From a virus (lineage: Duplodnaviria > Caudoviricetes), in the IMG/VR virus record IMGVR_UViG_3300044624_003554, positions 11,566 to 75,565 of that record: DNA of 64,000 nucleotides; one strand, given 5' to 3'. Positions 27,215 through 35,495 of the stretch are shown here, one piece after another (the stretch's first letter is position 1; each line of letters opens with the position of its first letter). The notes under the pieces were generated by a model that had not been told where the DNA came from, made no database searches, and saw only the letters and a program-made list of their open reading frames with translations. Both the position numbers and the translations under genes were made by a program.

Positions 27215-28861
27215 TTATCCTTCGCAAGATTTACATCCAAGTATGGATCTGGCTAATTCCTGTGCTGGATTAGCGCTTCTTTGATAATAAAGAGACTTTA
27301 TCCCTTGCTCCCAAGCAAAGATCATTAAATCACTTACGTCTTTTGGCTTCGTGTCTGGAGGAATATGAATATTTAAACTTTGTCCTTGGTCAATATGTTT
27401 TTGTCTTTGAGCCGCTTGAATGATTATTTCCTTCTGGGAAATTTCACCAAACGTTTTAAATACATCTTTTTGATCTTGGGTCAAGAAATCAAGGTGCTGA
27501 ACACTTCCAGCTTTTTGAAGAATAGAATCCCAAACTTCTGGCGTATCTTTTTCTATCGATGCAAGAAATTTTTTAAGGCTTGGATTTTTGTAAGTTGATC
27601 TTGTTTTTGCTAAATCTTTAATAAAATAATTATCTTTCAATGGTTCTATGCTTGGAGAAACTTGTCCCAAAATAAATGAACTTGAAACAGTTGGGGCTAC
27701 AGCAAGCAGCGTGGTATTCCTCCTTCCATAGCCCTTTAATAAATCTGGCTCACCAATAATGTCAGCTAAAAGTTTGCTTGCCTGCAAAGCTTTTTCTTTT
27801 ATAATTTTCCATATCTGAGAGTTAAGCATTTTTGCTTCAAACGATTCAAATGCAATCATATGATCTTGAAGATATGTACTCCAACCTAATCCACCAAGTC
27901 CCAAGGCTCTATGTCGGATAGAAAAATTTCTAGCTGCCTCCATATATTTCATGCCTTTCGTTTTATTAATAAATTCAGTCATTACTGTATCAAGGAAGTA
28001 AATCATTACTTCGACAGCATCGGTATCTTTCCATTCATCCCATTTAGCTAAATTCATGGAAGACAAACAGCATACAAAAGATTCCTCTTCATTATTTGGA
28101 AGCATTATTTCTGAACAAAGATTGCTATGCTTTATTTTTAAATTTTTATCTTTATAAACGTCTGGAGCTTGATTATTTGCATTGTCAGAAAAAAAGATAT
28201 AAGGATAACCGCTGGCATATTTTTTCTTAATAACTTTTCCCCATAAGGATCTTTTCTCCTTGTCTCCAGCTGTCATTGCTTTCATCCATTCATCAGAAAT
28301 GCAAACTCCTATTGAAATATCTTGAACTATAGAACCTTCATCTTTAATTCTTAAAAATTCTTCAATATCTGGATGTTCAATTGGAAGATAAGCAGCAAAA
28401 CTTCCTCTTCTTGTGTTGCCTTGCGATATGACATTTGTGTTCGTTTCGAACATTTTCATGAAGTGAACTGATCCAGACGTTTCACCTCCGCTTGAAATTT
28501 TTGCACCCCTTGGCCTTAAGTTGCCAAAATAACCGCTTGTTCCGCCTCCCATTTGAGACATCTTCCCAACCTCCGCCGCCTTTCCCAAAATGCTATCCAT
28601 TGTGTCTTCGACAAAAGAACCAAAACAAGAAATCGGAAGTCCTCTTTTTCTGCCATAGTTAGACCATACTGGAGAACTTAAAGAATAAAAGCCGTTTTTT
28701 AAATGGGTCAAAAATTTTTCCTTAAACTCTATTTCTGGTAAATAATTTTGAGCTGTTTCGGCAATTTCTTCAATTCTCTCCTCTGCACTCTCCCCTTCTA
28801 ACAAATAACCTTTACTTAAAAAATTGCGTGATTCTTTATTTAACCAGTATATATTTGACAT
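27215..28861 (-). CDS. nrdA: Ribonucleotide reductase class I alpha subunit, short, no ATP cone
   Basis: ISCF, GGGTSG, SNLCSEI, CCLSS, RALGLG, APTVSSS, SLYY, terminal CKSC. Confidence 0.93.
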   Translation of the reverse strand: MSNIYWLNKESRNFLSKGYLLEGESAEERIEEIAETAQNYLPEIEFKEKFLTHLKNGFYSLSSPVWSNYGRKRGLPISCFGSFVEDTMDSILGKAAEVGKMSQMGGGTSGYFGNLRPRGAKISSGGETSGSVHFMKMFETNTNVISQGNTRRGSFAAYLPIEHPDIEEFLRIKDEGSIVQDISIGVCISDEWMKAMTAGDKEKRSLWGKVIKKKYASGYPYIFFSDNANNQAPDVYKDKNLKIKHSNLCSEIMLPNNEEESFVCCLSSMNLAKWDEWKDTDAVEVMIYFLDTVMTEFINKTKGMKYMEAARNFSIRHRALGLGGLGWSTYLQDHMIAFESFEAKMLNSQIWKIIKEKALQASKLLADIIGEPDLLKGYGRRNTTLLAVAPTVSSSFILGQVSPSIEPLKDNYFIKDLAKTRSTYKNPSLKKFLASIEKDTPEVWDSILQKAGSVQHLDFLTQDQKDVFKTFGEISQKEIIIQAAQRQKHIDQGQSLNIHIPPDTKPKDVSDLMIFAWEQGIKSLYYQRSANPAQELARSILGCKSCEG

Positions 28862-28862
28862 A

Positions 28863-29834
28863 TTAAAATAGATCTTCTTCGGAAAATGATTGACTATTCT
28901 TGGAGTATTCTGTTGGCCTTTTTTTAAAAAAATCTGTCAATGTGTTCGCTAAAAGCTCTTCTTTAAACCAAGATGTCTTTTCTAGAAGACTACTATCTAG
29001 ACGAAAAATTTGCTTAAATCCTATTTCTTTTAAAGAATCATTTATTCTTGATTTTACAAATTCCTTTAAAATGTCCGCGCTTAAATTTTCTTCTTTGATT
29101 CCATTTACCATCCAATCGATAATTTTTGATTCTGCAATGAAAGCTTGTTCTGCTTCTTCTAAGATTTTCATCTCCAAGTCATGATCAAAAAGTTCTGGAT
29201 ACTCTTCTCTTATCGTGTTTACTAGCTTCATGCCGACCATAGCATGAATCGTTTCTTCGTTTCTTGTATATTTAACTTGCGTGTCAGTGTCTGGCAAAAC
29301 GTTCCTAAATCTATTAAACCAATTTATTACGTAAAATTGAGAAAATAAAGAAACGTTTTCTACAAACAAGGTGAATAAAATTAAAGCATAAAGATATTGT
29401 TTTTTGGAGTCTTTATAGAACTTATGAGTGTACTTTTTTAAGTATTTTACTCTGCCTTGAATCCATTCAAGCTTTAAATTTTGCTCAAACACTTCTTCCA
29501 ATCCAAGAACAGAGAGTAGTCTTTCATAAGCATCGTTGTGAATAACTTCTACATTTGCCATCACGTATCCTAAATCGGCGAGGGATGGATGCGGTAAGTT
29601 CTCTCCAAGCTTTGCCCAGAAAGTTTTTACGGCTACTTCTATTTGACCAATGGCAGATAAAGTGCGAACAACAATTTCTTTTTCCTTGTCGTTTAAATTT
29701 GTTTTAAAGTCTTGAATATCAGCAACAAAAGTAAAAACTTTATCTGTCCAAAAACCGTTATGCATAGCTTGTTTGGCCTCTTCTGCCCAAGGATAAAAAT
29801 TTGGTTTTCTAGAAATTTGTTCATTGAATATCAT
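28863..29834 (-). CDS. nrdB: Ribonucleotide reductase class I beta subunit (class Id-like)
   Basis: QIEVAVKTFW, EVIHNDAY, ENVSLFSQF, EETIH. Likely start is ATG 29834. Confidence 0.92.
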   Translation of the reverse strand: MIFNEQISRKPNFYPWAEEAKQAMHNGFWTDKVFTFVADIQDFKTNLNDKEKEIVVRTLSAIGQIEVAVKTFWAKLGENLPHPSLADLGYVMANVEVIHNDAYERLLSVLGLEEVFEQNLKLEWIQGRVKYLKKYTHKFYKDSKKQYLYALILFTLFVENVSLFSQFYVINWFNRFRNVLPDTDTQVKYTRNEETIHAMVGMKLVNTIREEYPELFDHDLEMKILEEAEQAFIAESKIIDWMVNGIKEENLSADILKEFVKSRINDSLKEIGFKQIFRLDSSLLEKTSWFKEELLANTLTDFFKKRPTEYSKNSQSFSEEDLF

Positions 29835-29848
29835 AGGTATAGGAAATC

Positions 29849-29854
29849 TTACAC
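29849..29854 (-). promoter_or_regulatory. GTGTAA motif (overlaps a possible TTGACC-16-TAAGAT promoter)
   Basis: 14 nt before ATG 29834. Confidence 0.45.
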
Positions 29855-29912
29855 AAAAGTGGCGACAGGTCAATAGCGTTTTAACGAAAAGTGAATTTTT
29901 AAAAAATAATGC

Positions 29913-29942
29913 TTGACAAAATCAAAAAAGCGTCTTTATAAT
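29913..29942 (+). promoter_or_regulatory. Consensus sigma70 promoter
   Basis: TTGACA (29913)-18 nt-TATAAT (29937) at the divergent strand switch. Confidence 0.8.
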
Positions 29943-29947
29943 TTAAA

Positions 29948-30010
29948 GACTTCGAAGGAAAGTTTCTTTCGTCGCTTCGCTCCGAACGATTTCCACTTCG
30001 TGAAAATCGT
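29948..30010 (+). other. Structured non-coding segment (two hairpins)
   Basis: Hairpins at 29953-29971 and 29986-30010 with a GC-rich cgcttcgctccg linker, immediately after the promoter. Confidence 0.45.
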
Positions 30011-30076
30011 AAATTTAATTTGACTTTCTTTACAAGAGTGTTATTCTTAAGTGTGATTAGAAAAATTACAGAGGGA

Positions 30077-30355
30077 ATGTATTTCTTTTTGTGCCAAACC
30101 GCAGATTGGCAAACGGTAGTTCTTGCAGAGGATGAATCATCAGCTGCCACAAAAAGCATGGAAGAAGCAATGCGTAATGATGAGAAAAGAGGATTGGCAG
30201 CTTTAATTTTAGTTAAAAAAATTACAGAAGATTTAACAAACAAAGTTTTTGAAAGCCAAACGTTTTTTACTCCTATGATTTTAGCCGACGCTGGATTTCA
30301 TAATGAGGCATTAAAATTAATTGATTTTTTAGAAAAAAAAGAAAATGAACAATAA
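30077..30355 (+). CDS. Hypothetical protein
   Basis: MYFFLCQTADW...; ATG 30077 is preceded by gaggga, and the stop overlaps the next start. Confidence 0.55.
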   Translation: MYFFLCQTADWQTVVLAEDESSAATKSMEEAMRNDEKRGLAALILVKKITEDLTNKVFESQTFFTPMILADAGFHNEALKLIDFLEKKENEQ

Positions 30356-30863
30356 CAAAAACAAAATTTTTCTCAAAAAAGATTTCAAACTACAACCGAA
30401 AACTTGGCCAAGAGATATTGGTTTTGATGTTAAGGCCATAAAGGAACCTGAAATCTGTGGATCAAAATATATTGATGGTTTATATTCCAGCGTTGATTAT
30501 ATTGAATATGACACTGGAGTTTGTTTAGACACAATTCAAAGAAATACTGAAGAAGATATTTTTACTCTTGTATTTCCAAGATCCAGCATAAGTAAAAAGA
30601 ATTTAACTTTAGCTAATTCTATTGGTCTTATAGATCCAGAATGGAGGGATTCTGTAAAATGCCGATTTAAATATGTAGCTCAACCAGAAGATTTTGTTTT
30701 CCTTGAAGGCAAATGCTATATACGTTTAAACATGGAAAAAATTTACAAAATTGGAGATAAAATTTGTCAGTTTGTTTTCTTGAAAAATGAAACTATAGAA
30801 ATTCAATACGTAGATCAGTTAGCTGAATCTGGTAGAGGTGGATTTGGTAGTACTGGAGATTAA
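30345..30863 (+). CDS. dut: Trimeric dUTPase
   Basis: GFDV, PRSS, GLID, KICQ, RGGFGSTG. Confidence 0.88.
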   Translation: MNNNKNKIFLKKDFKLQPKTWPRDIGFDVKAIKEPEICGSKYIDGLYSSVDYIEYDTGVCLDTIQRNTEEDIFTLVFPRSSISKKNLTLANSIGLIDPEWRDSVKCRFKYVAQPEDFVFLEGKCYIRLNMEKIYKIGDKICQFVFLKNETIEIQYVDQLAESGRGGFGSTGD

Positions 30864-30864
30864 T

Positions 30865-31452
30865 ATGATAATAGGAATTTCTGGTTACGCAAGAAGTGGA
30901 AAAGATACTTTTGGACTTTCCCTTCAAAGAATTTTAAAAACTTACAAAATAGAATGTACTCTAGATGCATTTGCAAATGTCTTAAAAGAAGATTTAGAAC
31001 CATTTCTTTTAGATAAATTTAAAATTTCAGCATTTACAAAAAATGATGCGGAAAAATTCTTGATAAGACCAATGCTTGTTGCTTACGGTGAATCCAAAAG
31101 AAATCAAGACCAAGATTATTGGATAAATCAAATTAAAGAAAAATCAAAAAATAAACTAACAATCATAACAGATGTTCGTTATGAAAACGAAGCAAAATGG
31201 ATTATTAATAGTGGTGGATTTTTAATACATTTAAATCGTCAAAAGAGTGATGGTTCATATATAGAAGCTCCAAATCCTCAAGAAGCTAAAAACAACCCTA
31301 AAGTTGCAGAATTAGCTTCTTTAAAAATAGTTTGGCAAACTGTAGAAAATAATGGAGTTGTAGACGAAGAAACGATAGATAAAATTGTTGAGTCTTTTAT
31401 TTGCAGTTGTGACGACCTAACGGAAAAACTGCAATCATGGAAAACGACATAG
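30865..31452 (+). CDS. Deoxynucleoside monophosphate kinase-like P-loop protein
   Basis: IGISGYARSGKDT, ITDVRYENEA. Confidence 0.78.
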   Translation: MIIGISGYARSGKDTFGLSLQRILKTYKIECTLDAFANVLKEDLEPFLLDKFKISAFTKNDAEKFLIRPMLVAYGESKRNQDQDYWINQIKEKSKNKLTIITDVRYENEAKWIINSGGFLIHLNRQKSDGSYIEAPNPQEAKNNPKVAELASLKIVWQTVENNGVVDEETIDKIVESFICSCDDLTEKLQSWKTT

Positions 31453-32012
31453 ATTTAATAGAAAAAGTAAAAAAAGAAAACGATCAAAATAGTTTGACAA
31501 AACTAATCGAAAGGCATTCTGGCATTTATTTAGAAATGGTAAATTCTGTAATACCAAATAATTGCACTTTTTTAGATAAAAATGATTTGATTGAAGATAA
31601 AGACTATTCAATTTACAAAGCAATTCTTGCTTTTGATCCAAATAAAAAAGCTAAATTTTCAACTTATCTTGGCAATGAAACAAGATGGAAATGTTTAAAT
31701 CTTTTTAATAGAGGAGTTAAATATCAATACGTAGATATTGAAGAGTATAAAGAAGATGGAAAATTTTCAGAATCAGATAAAGTTGAAAAAATTTCTTGCA
31801 ATGAGATTTTGGATAAGATATTTTCTATAGCGTCTTCTCATCCAGATAAAAGAGTTTTCAAAATTATTAATTTAAGATACAATGTCGGAAGCGGAAATAA
31901 ATTAATGTCTTGGAAAAATGTCGCTAAAGAAGTAAACGTCAGTATACAAGGATGTATAAATATTCACAATAGATTCTTGGAAGAAATAAAAAAAGAAATA
32001 AATTATGTATAA
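31437..32012 (+). CDS. Phage-encoded RNA polymerase sigma factor
   Basis: Region 2 DLIEDKDYSIYKAILAFDPNKKAKFSTYL; region 4 HTH MSWKNVAKEVNVSIQGCINI. Confidence 0.8.
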   Translation: MENDIDLIEKVKKENDQNSLTKLIERHSGIYLEMVNSVIPNNCTFLDKNDLIEDKDYSIYKAILAFDPNKKAKFSTYLGNETRWKCLNLFNRGVKYQYVDIEEYKEDGKFSESDKVEKISCNEILDKIFSIASSHPDKRVFKIINLRYNVGSGNKLMSWKNVAKEVNVSIQGCINIHNRFLEEIKKEINYV

Positions 32013-32397
32013 TAAAGTAGTATTAATAGGAAATGTAGTTAAAGATGTCGAAACAAAAGAAGTTGGCTCTTCTTCCGTTTCAAGAATTAGATTAGCAGTG
32101 GACGACCCATTTAGGGAGAAAAATACCGTTTATATTGATTGTGAAGCTTGGGGCGATCAAGCTTCATTCGCCCAAAAGTGGTTAAAAAAAGGATCTGGAA
32201 TTATTGTTGATGGCAGATTGTGTATGGACTCTTGGGAGAAAGACGGTAAAAAGGAAAGTAAAATTTTCGTAAAAGCTCAAGAAATTAGATTTTCAAACGT
32301 TGGACCTAAATCTGAAAAATCAGACCAAGAGCCAGCAAAGCAAAACAAGGCCACCAAAAGTAAAAGTGTAGAAGAAGATTCAGAAGTACCATTTTAA
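32005..32397 (+). CDS. ssb: Single-stranded DNA-binding protein
   Basis: NKVVLIGN, YIDCEAWG, GSGIIVDGRL, acidic tail ending EVPF. Confidence 0.9.
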   Translation: MYNKVVLIGNVVKDVETKEVGSSSVSRIRLAVDDPFREKNTVYIDCEAWGDQASFAQKWLKKGSGIIVDGRLCMDSWEKDGKKESKIFVKAQEIRFSNVGPKSEKSDQEPAKQNKATKSKSVEEDSEVPF

Positions 32398-32399
32398 TT

Positions 32400-33464
32400 A
32401 TGGATTTAATAGTAGAAGCACCACTTAATTCACTAAGTTTTGGAAATGTCTCTTACAACATATTAAGAGAATTGTTTAAAGCTGGCAAACAAATTGCCTA
32501 TTTTCCAATAGGTGATCCAGATTTATCCGCAATGCAGCCAAGCCAAGAGTTTATGCAATGGCTTAATGAAGCTGCAAATCGAAGATATGAAGCTTTAAAT
32601 AAAAATTTAAAAACTTTAAAGCTATGGCATCTAAACGGATCTGATTCATTGAGGTCCAGAGAACAATATCTTTTGACTTTCTACGAAAGTAATAAGCCTA
32701 CCGAAATTGAAAAAAATATTGCTAACTTGCAAGACAAAACAATTTTCTCATCAAAACATGCTTCAGATTTATTTGGAACTCAAGATACTTTTAAGTTGGG
32801 ATTTGACGAAGACTTTCACATAACTGGAAAAAAATATTTAGAGAACGTAATTCATTTTGGAATTTTTGGTAAATTTGAAAAAAGAAAACATACTGAAAAA
32901 CTAATCAAGACATGGTTGAAAAAATATGGAAACAATAATAAGTATTTACTTTCTTGTTGTGTAACAAATCCATTTATCAAGCCAGAGCAAATGCAGCAAA
33001 TTATTGGTGCATGCTTAGAAGGAAAACATTACTCAAATATAAATTTTATTCCTTGGTTAAAAACTAACAGAGAAATGAATGAAGTTCTTAATGCTATTGA
33101 TATTGATCTAACTGGCATGAGTGGAGGAGAAGGTTGGAATTTGCCAGCATTTAACGCTACATGCCTCGGCAAGTGGAGTATTGTTTTAAACGGCACAGCT
33201 CATAAAGAATGGGCCAATGAAGATAATTGTATTCTTGTTCAACCAAATGGTGAGCAAGATTCAGAAGATGGTATCTTCTTTAAAAACGGAACTCCATTCA
33301 ACCAAGGAACATTTTTAACATTTGATGAAAATGACTTGATCTCTGCTATGGAAAATGCCGAAACAAAAGTGGGTCAAATTAACTCACTTGGCACACTGCT
33401 GGGACAAACTTTCACATATAAACGTGCCACTGAAGAGATTTTAACCTTAATTGGTTTGGCATAG
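32400..33464 (+). CDS. Glycosyltransferase family 4-like (GT-B)
   Basis: GKFEKRKH, SGGEGWNLPAFNATCLGK (EGxGLP-type motif). Confidence 0.75.
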   Translation: MDLIVEAPLNSLSFGNVSYNILRELFKAGKQIAYFPIGDPDLSAMQPSQEFMQWLNEAANRRYEALNKNLKTLKLWHLNGSDSLRSREQYLLTFYESNKPTEIEKNIANLQDKTIFSSKHASDLFGTQDTFKLGFDEDFHITGKKYLENVIHFGIFGKFEKRKHTEKLIKTWLKKYGNNNKYLLSCCVTNPFIKPEQMQQIIGACLEGKHYSNINFIPWLKTNREMNEVLNAIDIDLTGMSGGEGWNLPAFNATCLGKWSIVLNGTAHKEWANEDNCILVQPNGEQDSEDGIFFKNGTPFNQGTFLTFDENDLISAMENAETKVGQINSLGTLLGQTFTYKRATEEILTLIGLA

Positions 33465-33480
33465 TAAGTGCTAAATAGAT

Positions 33481-33843
33481 ATGCATATGTATTTAACAGA
33501 CGAAATTATCAATCAAGCCTTTGGTCTAAAAACTAATTTAAATTCAAATTCATTATCGACCTTGGCAAATCAAGGATACGCTGATGAAAATGGTATTTCT
33601 AAAATTAAATTTAGAGTACCTGGATATGAAAAATCAGAAATTAAATTAAGTGTAGATAAAGGATCTTACGGTAAAAAGATTTTAAATATTAAAGCCGAAA
33701 ATCAAGAGTTTGGCGTTCTGAAAATTTCAGAAACATTAAGCTCTACTGTTGACGAATCTTCAATTAAAGCTTCATTAAAAAATGGCATATTGACAATCAC
33801 TTGTGAAACCAGCAACAAGACCATTCAAATTGATGTGGCTTAA
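33481..33843 (+). CDS. Small heat shock protein (Hsp20/alpha-crystallin)
   Basis: VPGYEKSEIKLSV...KASLKNGILTIT. Confidence 0.8.
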   Translation: MHMYLTDEIINQAFGLKTNLNSNSLSTLANQGYADENGISKIKFRVPGYEKSEIKLSVDKGSYGKKILNIKAENQEFGVLKISETLSSTVDESSIKASLKNGILTITCETSNKTIQIDVA

Positions 33844-33867
33844 TTTTACCATTTAAAATAAAAATTA

Positions 33868-33900
33868 GAAAACCCGTCGAAATCGACGGGTTTTCTTTTT
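33868..33900 (+). terminator. Rho-independent terminator
   Basis: Perfect inverted repeat gaaaacccgtcga-aa-tcgacgggttttc followed by a T tract. Confidence 0.88.
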
Positions 33901-33905
33901 ATAAT
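33877..33905 (+). promoter_or_regulatory. Sigma70-type promoter inside the terminator, leaderless
   Basis: TCGAAA-17-TATAAT, 4 nt before ATG 33910. Confidence 0.5.
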
Positions 33906-33909
33906 AGTT

Positions 33910-34299
33910 ATGCCATTATATCTTTATCAAAATGAAAAAACTGGAGAAATTAAAGAAATTCTCCAATCAATGAATGACATTCATGAATACAATGGAGAGA
34001 ATGGTAGGGAAAAAAATTGGAAAAGAATTTTTACAATACCTCAAGCCTCAATTGATACAAAGCAAGATCCATTTAGCACAAATGATTTTTTAGATAGAAC
34101 AAAAAGCAAAAAAGGCACATATGGAAACATGCTTGATTACAGCAAAGAGTTAAGTCAAAAAAGGGAAGCTATTGCTGGCGGAAAAGATCCAATTAAAGAA
34201 AATTATTATAAAGAATATAGTAAAAACAGAAGGGGTGCAAAACATCCAGACACCTTTAAGAAATCATTTGAAAACAAACATGTAAAAATTGAACTTTAA
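33910..34299 (+). CDS. FmdB-like N-terminal ribbon protein lacking the Cys ligands
   Basis: MPLYLYQNEKTGE resembles MPxYxYxCxxCG. Confidence 0.55.
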   Translation: MPLYLYQNEKTGEIKEILQSMNDIHEYNGENGREKNWKRIFTIPQASIDTKQDPFSTNDFLDRTKSKKGTYGNMLDYSKELSQKREAIAGGKDPIKENYYKEYSKNRRGAKHPDTFKKSFENKHVKIEL

Positions 34300-35495
34300 A
34301 TTAAAGTTCTCAAATAACTTATATCTCCATCAGAAGCGCCCTTTGGAAGTAGCTTATCTCCATTACTAGCTCTGATAACATCATATATCAAATCGTTTAC
34401 TTTTGTTTTAATAACTTTTATTATAAAACCTGTTTTTTCGTCAGATTCAAAAGATGCATCCATTGAGTACGTCATATTATTGCCAATATCTGCACTATAA
34501 GAAAAATTTTCAATATATATATTTTCAATAAGTATTTCCGAATAATCGGAATTATTATTTTCATTATCTCCAATTGCAATAGTTAAAGAAAATTTAGAAT
34601 CGCTTTGTAAAAATTGAGATAATGCATTTTTGTTAAAATTACTAGTAACTCCAGACATTTGCAATCTTCCATTAACTGGATAGAGAAATTCCCTATCAGT
34701 CGGTTTATTGATTTCTTTAAAGAAATAATCTTTATTTCTTGATAGATCAATTGAAATGCTTAAATTTTGTATAAGCCCGTTTAAAAAATTAGAAATATTT
34801 GTAAATGGCAAATCTAAAGACTCAACAGAAGAAGCATCTAGAGAAAAATTTACAACTTGATATGTAATATTTTTTCCCAAATTCTGAGAAGTTCTATCGT
34901 TTAAAGATTCGATATTTTTTTGAGATAATTTTATATTTTCAACATCATTCTTTTTTATGTAAAAATTATGTGGATTTGGTATATATATTAAATTAGCCAC
35001 ATTTAATATATCTTCAAAAGAACATGAAATTTGCACATTTGGAAGCGAGCCAATTGAATATTGAAACGAGTAATTTTCAATAAATAAATTTGAAAAAAGA
35101 ATACTTATCATATTCTGGTTAAAATCATTTGCTATTATTTTTGTCAATAATTCGCCTTCTTTAGATTCATCAATTAATAAAAAAGCGTATTTATTAAAAA
35201 AATTATTTTTAAAGTTTGAAAAAATTGTTTTCTCTCCAGTTTCAGAAATATTAAATCCAAACATTCTTTCTTGCAAGAAATCACTTCTTTGCAAATAAGA
35301 TATTTGCAATTTTAAATCTTTATCTGCATAAATGACTTTATCACTAAAACCTTTTCCTATTGATTTTTGACTTATTCTACCAACATCATAACTCAGTGAA
35401 ACACTTTGCAAGAAATCTAAATAGTAAAAATCATCTAAATTATTTAAAATTTTCTTATCCAAAGCGAAAAGCGTATTATGACTTTTAAATATCAT
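34296..35495 (-). CDS. Tail-tube-fold paralogue (tail tip/tube initiator candidate)
   Basis: FLQSVSLSYDVGR...NLFIENYSFQYSIGSLPNVQIS and LIQNLSISIDLSR...IENFSYSADIG align with both halves of the tube proteins. Confidence 0.55.
   Translation of the reverse strand: MIFKSHNTLFALDKKILNNLDDFYYLDFLQSVSLSYDVGRISQKSIGKGFSDKVIYADKDLKLQISYLQRSDFLQERMFGFNISETGEKTIFSNFKNNFFNKYAFLLIDESKEGELLTKIIANDFNQNMISILFSNLFIENYSFQYSIGSLPNVQISCSFEDILNVANLIYIPNPHNFYIKKNDVENIKLSQKNIESLNDRTSQNLGKNITYQVVNFSLDASSVESLDLPFTNISNFLNGLIQNLSISIDLSRNKDYFFKEINKPTDREFLYPVNGRLQMSGVTSNFNKNALSQFLQSDSKFSLTIAIGDNENNNSDYSEILIENIYIENFSYSADIGNNMTYSMDASFESDEKTGFIIKVIKTKVNDLIYDVIRASNGDKLLPKGASDGDISYLRTLI

Noticed and set aside
29899-30243. 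Antisense 114-aa ORF and the 30020 TTG extension
   Set aside because: They overlap the promoter/hairpin region and a better plus-strand ORF (ATG 30077 with an SD-like gaggga), and show no recognisable motif.
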